From contig CAVNZM010000017.1 of NCBI GenBank assembly GCA_963693365.1, positions 5,570,708 through 5,634,707 of the forward strand: a stretch of 64,000 nucleotides of DNA, given 5' to 3'. The notes beneath the pieces were generated by a model. It was not told the origin of the DNA, did not search any database, and saw only the letters and a program-made list of their open reading frames with translations. Of the stretch, positions 17,201-51,371 are shown piece after piece. The position numbers were made by a program, and so were the translations under genes. Within the stretch, counting starts at the first letter, position 1. Each line of letters starts with the position of its first letter. This DNA is from Amoebidium appalachense. Lineage: Eukaryota > Protista > Ichthyosporea.

Positions 17201-18099
17201 AAACATGGTCAGTGTGACTTTCAAAAATTGCGCAACGCTAGATGTCGACAGTCCGTGGCATGTAAAGGAAGATAAAGCATGTTATAGCTACTAGCTCATG
17301 CAGAAGTATGTGGGGAAGTCACAGTCAAAAAGGTCATCTACTCACCACCACCATCTCAACACATCGTCTGAAATTGTCGTTGCAAATGAGAGCCCCTCTC
17401 CTTCACAACAAAAGATAAGAGCCACACGTTCACATACTCCGGCAAGCTAAGAGAAACCGGCAGCTCAGTTGTCGCATTCCCAGAAAAGTTCGAGAAAAAA
17501 GTGGTGTTGAGCTCACCAGCAACACGAACACTCAGCTACGGAGCTTCTTGCACCTGAAACACTCACCTTTTCATGCACACCGTTAAACCCTTTCACCGGC
17601 ACAGCCTCAATTATACTACGAAATCACAGGTGTGCTTTTTGCTCGGCACATACCAACCAGCACGTTAACAACAGAGTTCCAAAAGAGACGTCCAGAGAAC
17701 ACGAACCAGCTTGTTGGCACAAAAGTATCACCTCTCACCTCCCTCTCCCTGGCTCCCATACTCCCCACGTTAACAATACCTCGATTGCAATCACAGCATT
17801 CACAACCTTCTTCAACCACACTCATGCCCATCCTATTTCATTTGCCATCACACCATTCACATCTTTCTTCAACCACACCCTCTCCCATCACCACCAAACA
17901 CTCACCGCGTGCGCCACCACGTCCACCACGTCCACCTCTGTCCCCGCCACGACCACGGCCCCGGTCACCCCCGCGACCGCGGCCACCGAAACCCCCACGA
18001 CCTCCCCCGACCACCACGGTCCCCCCCCACCAAAACCACCTCGCCCACCGCGCGCTCCGCCACCGCGCCCTCCGCCACCACGGCCACCGCCGAAACCAC

Positions 18100-18157
<58 letters not shown>

Positions 18158-18825
18158 CGGGTGTGTGTGCGCGCGGAAGAAAGAAGGCTGTGTGGGTGGT
18201 TTGAAAGAGAGAGGAAGGTGAACGTGTGTTACGCAGTAGACAGGCATGTGTGGTGCATGCATACGTACGATTTGTGTGTTAGTCTGTGATGTGTTGTGCA
18301 CAATGACGGGGAAACGGAGAGTAAAGCTGTATTGTAACGTCTCCGAGTGTGTTTTTGTGTGTGCTGAAGAAAGAGTTTTGGTGATGTGTGTGGGGAAGCA
18401 ACATAAGAGGAGGGGATGAAGGGGGGGAAAAGAGTTGTTTAGTTCCGGAGAGGCACCAGGAAAAATAACAGGGCCAACGGGTTGGGAACAATAAAACATT
18501 TCAGGTAAATCAGTGAACGTAAACCCAACGTGTTGCTAGAAATGTCAGCAAAAAAGGGTCGAGTTATGGAATGTCTTGCTGTCGAGGAGCGTGGCGTTCT
18601 TAGTTAGGTAGACAATTTCTTATACGTACGTGTATCCTAAGTTTTGCTTTTCGCTCGTGCATGTGTCTCTTCCTGCCTGCCTACTTCCAAACACATCCCA
18701 CAGAAATAAGAACATGAGAACCGGAACCAAAAAAGGGGCTCGGCTCGGCTCTAAATACTTCTACATTTCGAACTTCTAACAGTGCAGGGCTTTCAACAGC
18801 ACTTACGTCCGCCTGGAGGCGCCAT
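14245..18825 (-). CDS. FBL: Fibrillarin (rRNA 2'-O-methyltransferase, box C/D snoRNP)
   Basis: Exons 18825-18807, 18102-17906 (GAR domain; two apparent G-run frameshifts), 17172-17027, 16382-16206, 15531-15286, 14409-14245, all GT-AG. Motifs [40 protein letters not shown]. Confidence 0.97.
14970..15246 (-). mobile_element. Intronic structured repeat, subfamily A (split-hammerhead element)
   Basis: Near-identical to 37794-38070; G-runs on both flanks; in the last fibrillarin intron, sense to the gene. Confidence 0.8.
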
Positions 18826-20016
18826 TTTCTACTTTCTTAAACAAAGAAATAACTATTAATGCCCTCCCTACAAGTGGTGTGTGGAAAAACTAAACTCCTT
18901 CGTGTGCATGTGTGAGACGTAGCGTGCGGGCCCCGGATGTGTGACGGAAAAGATACACGTGCATGTGTCGTTTGATCTGTATGCATGACGTCATAAAAAA
19001 CGTCATTTTGGTCAGATGAAATTCCACAGCGTTTTAAAACCATAAGCAAAAGGTATCAAATGTAGACTAGTATCGGCTCAGGGACTCGAAGCAGCCGGCA
19101 AGCGAGCCGGCGGGACACGTGAACCGGGTCAGATCGATTTTATCCGGTAAAAGATTCTGATTGGATGCTTACACCACTTTTGGGAATCCGATCATCTTAT
19201 TTTAGTAATTTTCTTCGGCTCTTCGAGCCGGGTCAAAAGGCGTTGGCCAAATTTTTGGCCACCTTCCGCTCTACTAAAGATTGATCTAATTTATATATAC
19301 ATACAGTACACAAAGAAAAATAATTCATTTCTCTCTCTTTGGAAAAAAGGTTCCAATATGATTACTTTACAGAGTACAACGGCAGAGCCCAAAACCTTTT
19401 GCCAATCATTAGCGGGTCGAGCCGAACCGATCGCAAAGTGGGTTCGGAATGCCGCGCTTTCTGAACGGATGATGTCGCAAACGTTTCTTGGGCTCCAGTT
19501 TGGTTTCAAGATATCTATTTACTCTACGTGTTGAGTCCCTTCCGGTGTTAGGACCGCAAAAACACCAACTACTAGTAGCCTATATGGCGGATACGGTTAG
19601 AGAGTCTCGTTCATACATAGATTCGTTTATTCGTAATGTGGTGTGGTGTAAAAACGCAAAGATGATTATGGCTTGGCGGTGTAATCGGTTTCTGGTGTCT
19701 CCTGCTCGTATGTGTAATATGTGTGGGGGGCGGTTTACTCGCGGCTGCATATCTATCAATAAATGCAACCTGTTAGCTAATGTATTAGAACCGGAGGTTA
19801 TTGGCGGTTTTATTCTCTTTTCTTCCTCTCTTCCTCAATATATCCGTTTTAAGATGACTATCCTAGATCACCTTATTAATGCTGCACAGTATGATATTGT
19901 GATCCGGTGCCTTAACTTTCTTTCGATGCTAGCCTCTGCTTACCCATAATATGTAATAGGGGTGTCAGATACTACGATGGCGCTCATTGTTGCCTAGCAT
20001 GTACATATGTCACTGG

Positions 20017-20204
20017 GGGGTTTACGCTGTTTACTCGAGGCAAAGAGAACCAGTCTCAGGTATGGGGGGGGGGGGTTTTTGCTCGGAATATCCCCTCAGC
20101 GGTATATCATGATCACGTACATAGATGTCGGGTGGTGACTATATATCAGGGTTTACTTTCTCTACGAGACACCATAAAGACTACAAGGAGAAATCAATTA
20201 GTTC

Positions 20205-20244
<40 letters not shown>

Positions 20245-20276
20245 GGGCTCCCCTCGGGACACTCGGTATCAGCTGG

Positions 20277-20347
<71 letters not shown>

Positions 20348-21563
20348 TGTGTGTGTGTGCGCGTGCGCTATAATTTTGTAGTGATGTGTTTCTCAAGCCA
20401 ATCAATACATCTAATAAACAGGTCGTAGTTACGCGTGTTTAGTATAAAATCAAGGATGTTGTAATTTACAGGTAGGCTATCTTTCTGGGTGTCTGTTGTG
20501 AATGTGACGTGTGTGTGTTGCGGTATTATGTGGTCTATCAAACTACATTTGGCGATACATGACCGGTTAAACTGGTGTGTGTGTGTGTTGTTTGGGCATG
20601 CAAATGATGCCACCTTATACTTATTAGATCTCCACTGTATAGCACGTGTACAGTAAAAGCGTGGTAATTGATCAATAATACCATCAGCTAGAGAAAGACC
20701 AGTTCTACAGGAAGGTAATATGTATTTAGGTGTTATACACTTGCGAGTGCCATATTTGGCAATATGGTTGAGGCGGTCAGTATATATAAAACGAGACATA
20801 AGGCTTAGTTTTTCAAGGTGTATGCTTTCATCGGGTCTAGTGTCGTGTGGTATCTTTTTCCATTTGTTATATTGCGTGATTATCTTGTGATTGTGTACAT
20901 GTTTAATAAGTAAGTGGCAGTCCAAAGTCACACACACACTATTGCGGGGTTTATTTGTATTTGTGCCCAGGGGAGAAGGGGAGAGAGAGGGGAGGAAAGA
21001 GGGGAGAGGTGAGGAGGGGACAGGTCGGATAGAGAAGAGAGGGTGGGAGGGCAAATACTTCTTTAAGCGGCTTATGTGCTTATTGAATTTCAGCGCGAGA
21101 TAGGATACTCTAGCAGCTATTGGGACCAGACCATATATCGAGAGCGTTACAGGCCCAGGTTTACAACAGTTGTTAGATAGAAAGGAGGCAACTTCTGCTT
21201 CAAGGAAATTTGCCAAGGGTTTAAGCGCTCTAGTTCTCTCTTTCTTGATCCAAGCGGCGAGAAGGGGTAAACCATATTCACATGCCGGGAAGACAAAAGT
21301 GCGAATAAATGTAAGTCTAATAGAAGGATGGAGGGGTGTGTCTTTAAAAATATTAGCCGAGAAGAAAGCTAACCGCTTACGAGCCAACTCTACCCTCTTT
21401 TCGACCATATGGGGAAACATAACACCAACAGAATCAACCGGAACACCAAGATATTTGTATTCTGGAACTATAGGTACAGGTTTAGATGATAATGTAAATG
21501 TGTGTAAATTGTTAGCTATATCAGGTACAAGAACACCACATTTGTCTATGTTAAGGATCATAA
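20017..21563 (-). mobile_element. 5'-truncated non-LTR retrotransposon with ~190-bp 3' tail, copy 2
   Basis: Nearly identical to copy 1; poly(A) at 20206-20240; 7-bp direct repeat TCACTGG at 20010-20016 and 21564-21570. Confidence 0.88.
20368..21563 (-). pseudogene. Truncated RT ORF fragment lacking YADD
   Basis: Matches 5180-6375; the ORF-track N-terminus upstream of 21563 is flanking DNA. Confidence 0.85.
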
Positions 21564-21934
21564 TCACTGGCTGCATTTGATTGGCTGTGCTGGAAAACGC
21601 AGTAGGCCGTCGAATGTGGCTGGGCCTCCGGCAGTGTCCACGCAATAAAAAGTGTGTAAACCCCTGGTTTCAAGCTGAAGCTTGGAAAAAACTTCAACGA
21701 ATTTGCGATTTCGTAGACGAAATACACTATACACGAACGCACTGCCCTCGAGCTACTTATTTTTCAACTTGATTTTGGTACAATTACTTTCTAACGCGCG
21801 CGGAGTGGCGGATGCAGACAGGCACAAACGTCACATTCCCATGATCTACTTCGGATACAGTGCCAAGGCAATCTATCCCTTGAGTTTCTATATTTACGCA
21901 AATTATAAAGAGGCGATATTTCTAGACAAAGAAG

Positions 21935-23871
<1,937 letters not shown>

Positions 23872-24875
23872 AACAATGTTTCTGTATTTCTGATTTTTCG
23901 ACTTAATGTATAGATATCTTATTATAGAGCTTTGAGTTTGAGGCTAATAAGGTGCATGTTTTTCTTCAGTTCAGGGTTAAAGTGGTATTGCAAGGCATTA
24001 TCACTTGAAATCTGAGTAAGGATGTATTATGTGCAGATTTTTTTAACTTTTTGTTTTGAGTTTTTGGAGTTCAGCAGGTTGGATAATAATACCTACTCTG
24101 TGTGCTTTTGTTGCATAGTATAAACACACTGTGCATATCCTCTTTTTCTTTTTGTTGTTCGGAATGAGCAAAAAAGGAAATCTTGGATAATCAAATTGGC
24201 ATTAATTCAATGGCTATTCAAAACAGAAGTAGGGTTTCTGTGCTACATAGGCTCAGATTTGGGCACAGTTAATGTGATTGGTTGGGCTGGTGCCCAATGT
24301 TTCATCATCATGGCCCTGACCTCTTAAACGAGCATGTGTGTGTGTGTGTGTGTGTGTGTGTGACACTGTGTGTGTGTGTGTTGTTTGTGTGTGTAGGAAT
24401 ATCCGCACAGCGCTGTGTTCCTACTTTTTTAGTTGTTTTGCAATAATGATTCCTACTTCAGTCGTTTTGGTCACCATTTTTGCAGAATTCCGCCTTTTAG
24501 AACTTGAAGTAGTAATATAATTTTCTGCTCGGAGCAAGTTGACTCTGCGGGTCAGTGGTTAGGCCGTCACAAGTAATAACTTTTACCTACCTACAGTGAG
24601 TACTATAGTATTCTCTTACGATCATCACTGGATCTCATACGCAATAAAATATACAGGGCCGGCGGTTCGGGAAGACACGGGTGCCATATGCATATATATT
24701 ATTTAATCCCCCCCCTCTATAGCTGTATATTCCTACCAGTACTTTTTTGGTTGCTACAAATATCGTGGGCCATTGCAATTGGATTTCCGATCGCGAGTGA
24801 ACGTTCGAAATCAACTTAAGAGAGATGTACCTGTCACATGTGCAGTGTGTGTGTGGTGGTGGTGGTGGTGGTGGT

Positions 24876-24919
<44 letters not shown>

Positions 24920-25771
24920 ACAGTATCGAGCGTCGACGGTGCAATGGCATGCACGATTAAGTTATCATCGCGTGCATCAATCGAATTTGAGAATTGAAAA
25001 TTCATTATTATGTAAAAGGAACATTTGCGCAGTGCCGAAAGTAGAGACAATCAAACACACACCTGTTCAAGCAGCCTCACGACAGACACAAGTCTGTGGT
25101 GTGCGCAAATTAACGGGATATCCACAGGATCCCTCTATCGATATCACTCGAAACACTCTACACCACTTGCCGCCATAACTATGACACAAGGCATATCCCG
25201 TCCACTGAGATAGACTTAACCGAATATTGGCTTGACTTACACTACAGCACGTGCTTTTCTTGGAACATATTACATATTGATGACACTGAATGTTTGGGGG
25301 CAGGACAATATTGAAAGAAAAGTCCTTCATAACTATCCTTGAAAAGAAACCTTGAATATACACCGGTATCCAAAAAACAGCTCTATTTAGCAATATCATA
25401 CATAACGTGGGATTCCAGATATACCCCACAACTATCCCACCAATGCAAATGAAAGTGATGGTTTGCCTATAGGGTTAAACATAACAAAGAAATTAAAGAA
25501 AATAAACTCCACACTCAAACCCATACACCGAAGGCATGGGCAAAAACAACCCCAAAAGCCACACGAAAGAAACACAGGCTTTGATCGTTTCCAAAAAGCA
25601 AAAAGAGAAACAAAATAACCAAAACAAAACAACTAAATGACGAAGAAGCATGTTTAAATTCGGTTCAAACACCACACACCATCCATGAAAACGAGCACAA
25701 TTTGGTGAAATTTCGGGAGAGGGGAGGGGGGTCCAATTAGTCCCTTGTCCTATGAGGAAGAGGGGTTCCAT

Positions 25772-43813
<18,042 letters not shown>

Positions 43814-44747
43814 TTCCTTAGTTCCGCGTGTGAACTAACTTTTTCTCAGTGTCTATATACCTGGCGCCATAAACTAGAGAAAACTACGACACCTCCCAAC
43901 TGTTGACACGCGAAATCGAAGGATGTACGCTAAAGAAACGGAAAAATCGTCACGTGTGTCTGTGTACCCGTTGACAATGCTACAACACATCACATGTAAA
44001 AAGCAAACAATGCTTAGAGATCCCGCCTATTTTGGGTCATGTTATTGGAGGTATGTAGAGGTATAAATATCTTAAACAGCTACTTGTATTGTTTAAACTT
44101 TAGGTAAACCAGTTGAAAGGTGGGCTCATGATAATGTAGATTACCGCTTTTTTCGACGAATGAGAGCAAAACTGAAAACCAATAGGGTGCGACCTCTCTT
44201 CGCGTGAGTCATGTGGCGGCTTAGACGGGGGCAAAAACGTATTCATGCGAAGTTAGATCTTCTTTTTTCAAGTACACTCACTTTCAGAAACATTTGGATT
44301 ATATCTCTTATATGAACCATTGTACTGTTTCTAAAATCCAAAAATATATTTTATTACCCACACGCTTGACTTGTGCGTTCTATTTCTCACGCAGCACTTG
44401 CCTGGCATGATTGCAACGTTACGCATGGCCGCGCGCATGCAATTGCAATCATCATGTGCATGCATGGGACATTCTGGGGGGAGCCTTCAGACTAGATTGG
44501 TTGGTTTTGAAGGAAGATCTGGTAACTATTGTTTCCGGGATCCTTTTTTATTCCTATTTTCCATCCTTCATATTATGCTGTCTTTTTTCTTTGGTGACTG
44601 TAGCGGCCGTACGCATATCGATACCTGCTGTGGCTAAAGGCTATGCCCCCATTTTGCCCTCCCCCAAGAAAGCAAATCCGATTAGTCATTTTTATCCAAT
44701 CGCAGGTTTTGGCGGTTCTGCGTGTTTTTTCAAATGATCCGTGACCG

Positions 44748-46614
44748 CTCCTGATATGGTACCCGGGCCGCCTTCCCGGACTGGTTGTGACCAGTAAAGA
44801 GCGCGCCAATTCCTGACCGCCGCCTACAGCAGTGTATGATCTGTTATCCATATTCGGCAAAAGGGGTCTTGCCCAACCAATGGCTTGAATCCTTGTAACT
44901 TTGCTTTATCCATATAAGGTTAGCTGAACACCCCCCCCTCCAATCATACCCCCCCCTTCTCTCTAGTAGTAGCTCCTGGCATGCCGCACCCCCCCCGGGA
45001 AGGCCATGAGCAGCATTGCCGAGCACACTGGAATACGGGAATGTTTGCGGTAACGTAGTCGCACTAGGGGGGCAGGGGGCCAGGCCCCAAGTGTTTAAAA
45101 TGAAGCCAGGCTGCCCTAAGGGCACAACACAGCGCCCTGGGCATAAAACAGGCGGAGCTAGGGAGGGAGCTGGGCGCAAAAAAAAAGATGCTGCATTTGT
45201 TCAGCCTTTAGCGAACTTTGCAGGTTTTGGGACGGCAAACAAAGCTGTTTTGCAGGAACTAAACGTAAACGTACAACCCGAACAGCCCCCTCTATCTAAG
45301 GCCGCCGACATAAGGGCCCGTGTAGTTGAGGCAGGTAGCGTCCATTCGTTACCAAGAGAAATGGATCGGGCCCCTGCTCCACACCCACCAGACATACAGG
45401 TGCAACCCGACGAGGAACCTTTGCTAAATGCAGCAGCAGATGCGTACCGGGTAGACGAGGATGAAGGGGAGGAAGAGGGAGAAGATAATACGGACGGGGA
45501 TGACGGTGGAGAGGAGTTTTCTGACGCGGCGGGCGAAACAATCAAGTCGCACCTGCACACAGTGAAAGAGAGTCTCAAAGATGAGAAGACGCCTGTGGGG
45601 TGGCATCTTCCACCTCCCATTATAGGCTTTAATTTTGGGGGCGATCCAGCGCCTTTCTACAAACCCAGATGTTTTGCCTGGCTTCCGGAAAGGTTGTCTC
45701 CCGGTTTCATGGTGCCGTGCCCCTTCGATGATCACTACGTGGACCCCCACAACCACCCCAACCCACACCGTACTTCTCGCAATGGGTTCATGAGCAACCC
45801 CGTAGGACGGCGTGTTATCGACTTTGACAGCTGCTACTACATTATCACGGCCCGGTACTTTTGTGACACATGCAAAAAAACTTTGCCGGCACAAACCCCC
45901 AGACAATTAAACGCCTTCCACTCTTCATGCGTGATCAGTTTCCGGCCTACCTTAGCCACCGCAGTGGGCTCGACCTAAAGGTGGTAACATTGTTGCGTGC
46001 ACTGGCAGACAAAGGTGTGGGCCCAAACGCCTTTGCCACCCTCCTCTCGGAGCTCCACAAGCAGCGATACGACGAGCAGCGGCTCCTGTATTACTCGAGG
46101 GCGCTGCATTGGACCAAGTATGAACTCAAAAAGCGTAACGATTTCCGCCCCCACGACCAGCGCCTGACAGAACTTCCCCCAGAGGAGCAGGCGGCTAAGT
46201 TCTCGGCGTTTGGTGACAAAAATGGTTACGCTGGACATGTGCCTTCAGGCAAGTGTGCACTGCATTTTGGGTGTGTAAATGGTCCCCATTGTTTTGTATG
46301 CACGTGCTTGGGCATTTTTTGGGTTGGCTTGGTAGGGTTTTGTTTTATTATTTTTTATTTTTTTTTTAGGGGGGGGGGGGGACTTGGAAATGGGTTTTGG
46401 AAGTGTGGTCAATAAGTTTCTATTATGGTGGTGGTGGATGTGTGGTGGTGGATGTGCGCCTGTGAGTGTGCGTGTACTTGTGGGTCCGTGTGTGTGTGTG
46501 TGTGTGTGGGGAGGGGGGGGGGGGGGGGGGGGGGAGGGGGGGAGGGGGGACATGGTGATGGATTAGGTGGTGGTGGTGGCAATCAGTCATGGTGGTGGTG
46601 GTGGTGGTGGTGGT

Positions 46615-46648
<34 letters not shown>

Positions 46649-46797
46649 GGGCAGAGGGATCATCAGAGGGGTGAAAGCATAACGGTCCATGTACCAGTGA
46701 GTGTGCTTGGGAAATCGTGGAGAACTGTTATGCCTGAAATTAGATGGTGGGTGTGCGCATGTGTGTCTGTGTGTGTTGGGGGAAAGGAGGTGGAGAG

Positions 46798-46831
<34 letters not shown>

Positions 46832-47015
46832 GGGCACATGGTGGTAGACTGGATCTTGGTGGCGGTACTTAATGGTTATTATAGTAGTGGCAGGAGGGTG
46901 TGGGGGGAAGGGCAAACGGACGTGCAGGGGACAAACTGCAGATGGGGCACAAAGGGGAAAGAAGGTGAAAGTTGGTGCAATGACTTGGAGGGTTTGCGCG
47001 CGCCGGGGAGGGGGG

Positions 47016-47059
<44 letters not shown>

Positions 47060-47490
47060 AACGGCCGGAGATGGGTGTGTAGCGTTTTTGAGATGGGAAA
47101 AGCCATACAGACTTACGAAAATACAGAGAGGTGAGATGAACACGAGGGACTAGAGGGAATGGGGGGGATGGTCCTGATGGGAGGGTGGTGGAGTTCTAAC
47201 AGTACTTGGGGTTCAGGCAAATACCTGAGTGCCGTGTATACTGAGTTCAGCGACCGCACGGCAAAGTACCAGAGCCTGGACACGCAGCTCAAGCCCGTAA
47301 ACAACGTGCTCAAGGCCGACCACACCTTCCAAATTGGGAAGCTCACCGGCATCAATGGGGAGCCTCTGTACCGAGGCCTATGGACTTGTGTAAACGAGCT
47401 TGGCGGTGTGTGGTCCCTCCTCTTCTCCCCCCTCCCCCCACTCTCCCCCAGGCCCCCTTCCCCCCTCCCCCCCCCCCCACACACGCCCAC

Positions 47491-47521
<31 letters not shown>

Positions 47522-47753
47522 ACACGCCCCCCTCCCCCCTCCCCCCCCTCCCCCCCCTCTAGGGCCTTTAAATCTCTTAGGCTCCACATTTAATGAGGTG
47601 GCACACTGTGAGTAGAGGTTTGTAGTATGTGGGTTTTGGGGACAATTCTTGCCCTGTCGAGCAAAAACTAGGAAGCTCCAGATATGTGTGTATGTGTTTT
47701 TGCTGGGTAGAGATTGGGGTGGGCTGGGGTGGAGCTTTCTTTTGGCGGGGAAT

Positions 47754-47790
<37 letters not shown>

Positions 47791-47798
47791 GGGGGGGG

Positions 47799-47835
<37 letters not shown>

Positions 47836-49329
47836 AGCTTCTGCCAAGCAGAATGGGAGTAGGGGCCAGTGATTGCAAGGGATGCAGGGGGGGGGGGGGG
47901 GGGGGGGGGGGGAGACACCACCGTCGGGGTTGAAGGTAGAGAGGGCAAGAGGCCCGGGGTGGGGTGGGGGGGGGGGGGGGGGGGGGGACAGTAGGTGCCA
48001 TATGGAGGGCTGTCCCATGGTTTGGGGGGAGGGGGGAGTGGGGAAGGATCGTGGGCACATGGGTTTGGGGGGAAGGCAGAGAGGGGGAAAGGATTGTGAT
48101 CACAAGGGTTTAGGGGGAGGAAGGGGGAAGGATTGTAGGTACATGGGTTTAGGGGGGAGGGGGGGGGGGAAGATTTTGGGGGAAAGGGAGGCCTGGGGAA
48201 AGTATGTGGGCACATGGGTTTGGGGGGAAGGAGGGGGAAGGGTTTTGGGGGAGAGGGAGGGGGAAAGTATGTGGGCACATGGGTTTGGGGGGAGGGAGGG
48301 GGAAAGGATTGTGTGGGCACTGAAGTCTCGTGAAGGGCCATGTGGTAAGGGAAGCTAGAACATGCATGGCCGCTCGGAGATGCCCTCTCACACAGTGCGG
48401 CACCCCAGAGATCCGGGCGCAGGTATTTACACGGGACTGCAGCCACCAGGAGATTGAGCCCGTGATCCAGCGCATCTCTGCCACCACGGCGGCGCTCAAC
48501 AGCAAGGGCCCGGCCTTCTTCTACACAGATCGGTGCTGCCAAGACCGGGCGTTTGTTGAGCGCATGTTTCCAACCCTAGCCCGGCCAAAATGCCCCGTCC
48601 GTCTGAACGAGGCTGCGCTGGTAAGCGTGACGGACGGTCTGCCTGGGCTGGAGCTGCCGGCCAACTACCCTAAGCCGGTGTACACCGACTGCCAGGGGGC
48701 GGTGGTGGCTACAGCGGCCATTCGTGCCGACCTGGAGGGGCAGCAGCACCGCGTGGTGGGGGTGGACTGCGAGTGGGTCTATCGGGTGGGCCAGGCGCGG
48801 TCCAAGGTTTGCACGCTGCAGATTGCCACCGCACGGGCCGTGTACATCTTCCACTTGGCACGCATGGGCCCCAACCACAGCCCGCCCGCGCGGCTGGTGG
48901 ACGAGCTGATTGCGCTGCTTAGGGACCCCAGCATCATCAAGGTGGGCAAGCAGATCGGCACGGACTCGGCCCACCTCAACAAGGACTACGGCACCCCTGT
49001 GGCCAGCTATCTGGAGCTGGGCCGGTTCTGCTATGCCCGTGCAGCTATCACCTCTGCGGCCCGGGGCTTGGCCGACATCACTGCCCAGGTCATAGGCAAG
49101 AAGCTGCCCAAGCCGGCACTTGTTCGATGCTCCAACTGGCACGAGCCGCTATCAGAGGTGCAGGCCACCTACGCTGCCCTTGATGCATATGCGTCCCTGC
49201 AGGTCTACTCGGCCGTGGTCGATAGGCCAAACCTGTCAGGTGTGTATCCCACCTGCTTTTTGCCCCAGTGCTTATGTGCTTATGCCAGATATAGAAAGAT
49301 TGTGGGCCCCCCAGAGGGAGAGGGGAGGG

Positions 49330-49384
<55 letters not shown>

Positions 49385-49475
49385 GGCTGACCACATGGGC
49401 CAGTGTTCCAGTTGTGTTATGCTGGGTGTCGGGTGGCTATCAAAGGAGGGGGTGATTGGTGGTGGTGGTGGTGGT

Positions 49476-49510
<35 letters not shown>

Positions 49511-50554
49511 CTATAGCACTGTTAACACGTGCAAGTGCCACACAAGCTGGGCACTGGGAGAGGGGGGGGGGGGGAGGGAGAAGGGGGGGGGGGGGGGGGG
49601 GGGAAGGGGGTTGCTAAGGAATATGCATTTGATTTTTGTGGAGCGAAGAGAAAAACGTTGGTGCTGTGGCTTTTTGGCTGAGTTTTTTGCTTCCCTCTAT
49701 GACATGCAGCGCGGCTTCATGCAAAGGCACTCGGTGAAGGGGTTGAGATTGTGCCCCGGCGGGGCCCACATGCTGCAGCAGCCACCGGGGTGGTGCTGGC
49801 TGTGCAGCCGGAGCGCTGGGGGGGCATGAAGGTGGGCAAGAAGCATGCAGTGGTGCGGGTGGATCAGGTGCTGTCGCCGGCCATGCAGGTGCCCTTTGGC
49901 CCCGACAAGGGCAAGACCCTGGGAGAGCTGGGCCCGCCGCCCTTTGAGCTGATGGTGCACCTGCAGTGGCTACGGCCCATTCAGCCCCCACCGGACCCAG
50001 GTGCCGAGGTGCCGGTGGTCCCTGACCCAGCCCCTCCCCCTGCCAGTCCTCCCCCTGCCGAGCAGCAGCAACCCCTTGCCGGCCCACAGGCACCCCCCCA
50101 GGACCCCCAGGCAGCCCCGGGGGGCCTTGAGGCAGCCCCAGGGGGACCCGAGGCAGCTCCCAGAGAGGGCATGTTGGGCCAGGCACCGCCTGGGGAGGTG
50201 GTGTGGCAGACTGTGCTGAATGACGCCTTCCACTCCATTGCAAACACGGCGGACGGCACGTACAAGTCACACCCCCGCAGGGCTGAGTACGCACGCGCAC
50301 TCAGCGAGGCAATATTTGTGTGGAATGAAGAGGATTACGGACATGTGAAGGTGCCCCCCCCCCCTCCCCCCCCCCCCAAAATAAAAAATAAAAAATAAAA
50401 ATAAAAAAAACGGCAACAACAACATGCGTGACTGACGCGCACACACACATACACTCGTTAGCACACACTCACCATTCCACCCACAACCATGCACACCTTC
50501 GACAAAACTTCTGAGGGAAGAGAGAGAGCCTGAGCCTCAGAGAGAGGGGGGGCA

Positions 50555-50605
<51 letters not shown>

Positions 50606-51143
50606 GGGGGGAGGAGAGTGGGGGGTTATTCATATGCCTAGAGAGAAATAATGTAGGGTTGTGGGGGGAAATAGCCACATGCATTTTTTACTTGTGTTGG
50701 GGGAGAAGATGGGGGGGGTGGAGGGGAGGGGTCCTACAATAACGGCAGGTATCAAAGTCTACCAAACCCAAATTGCAGTGTGCGTAGTAAATTAATATTG
50801 GCATCCTGCCTCACAGGGGGTGCTGGAGCAGAAGGGCATCGACATTGAAACCGAGCTCAAGGGCGGCGACCTGAGCTACTTCATGGAGCGCATCCGGCGG
50901 GTTATTCCCGACCCATACACGCTGGTCTCGCGGCTGGTGGAGTTCAAAAACACCTACAAGGATGTGCCGCCCGGACCGGATGGCAAGCCTCTGTTCAAGA
51001 AGGATGGCTTTGAAAGACTCGAGGCAACATCCCCCCCCCCCCCCCCTCCCCCTGCAGGCGCCCAACAACTCCACCACCACAGAAAAGATTCTTCGCTTAT
51101 TTGTCATCCTTGGTTCATCTGCACACACACGCACACCCTAGCC

Positions 51144-51180
<37 letters not shown>

Positions 51181-51184
51181 ACAT

Positions 51185-51258
<74 letters not shown>

Positions 51259-51340
51259 CCCGCACGGCCCTTGCTGCCTAGCCAGTTGTTTTTTGCCTTT
51301 CCCTGCTCGTTTTTTTCCTTAGCAACCCCATCCCCCCCCC

Positions 51341-51371
<31 letters not shown>

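Noticed and set aside
17990-18030. Frameshifts in the fibrillarin GAR exon (also the transposase A-run near 45875)
   Set aside because: They fall in homopolymers, and fibrillarin is essential; sequencing error is more likely than programmed frameshifting. Homopolymer lengths throughout are therefore uncertain.
17173-18806. Intronic snoRNAs in fibrillarin
   Set aside because: Several CTGA motifs but no convincing box C plus terminal stem by eye; needs snoscan or Infernal.
19488-19949. 153-aa ORF
   Set aside because: No recognisable motifs and a non-ATG start; unsupported.
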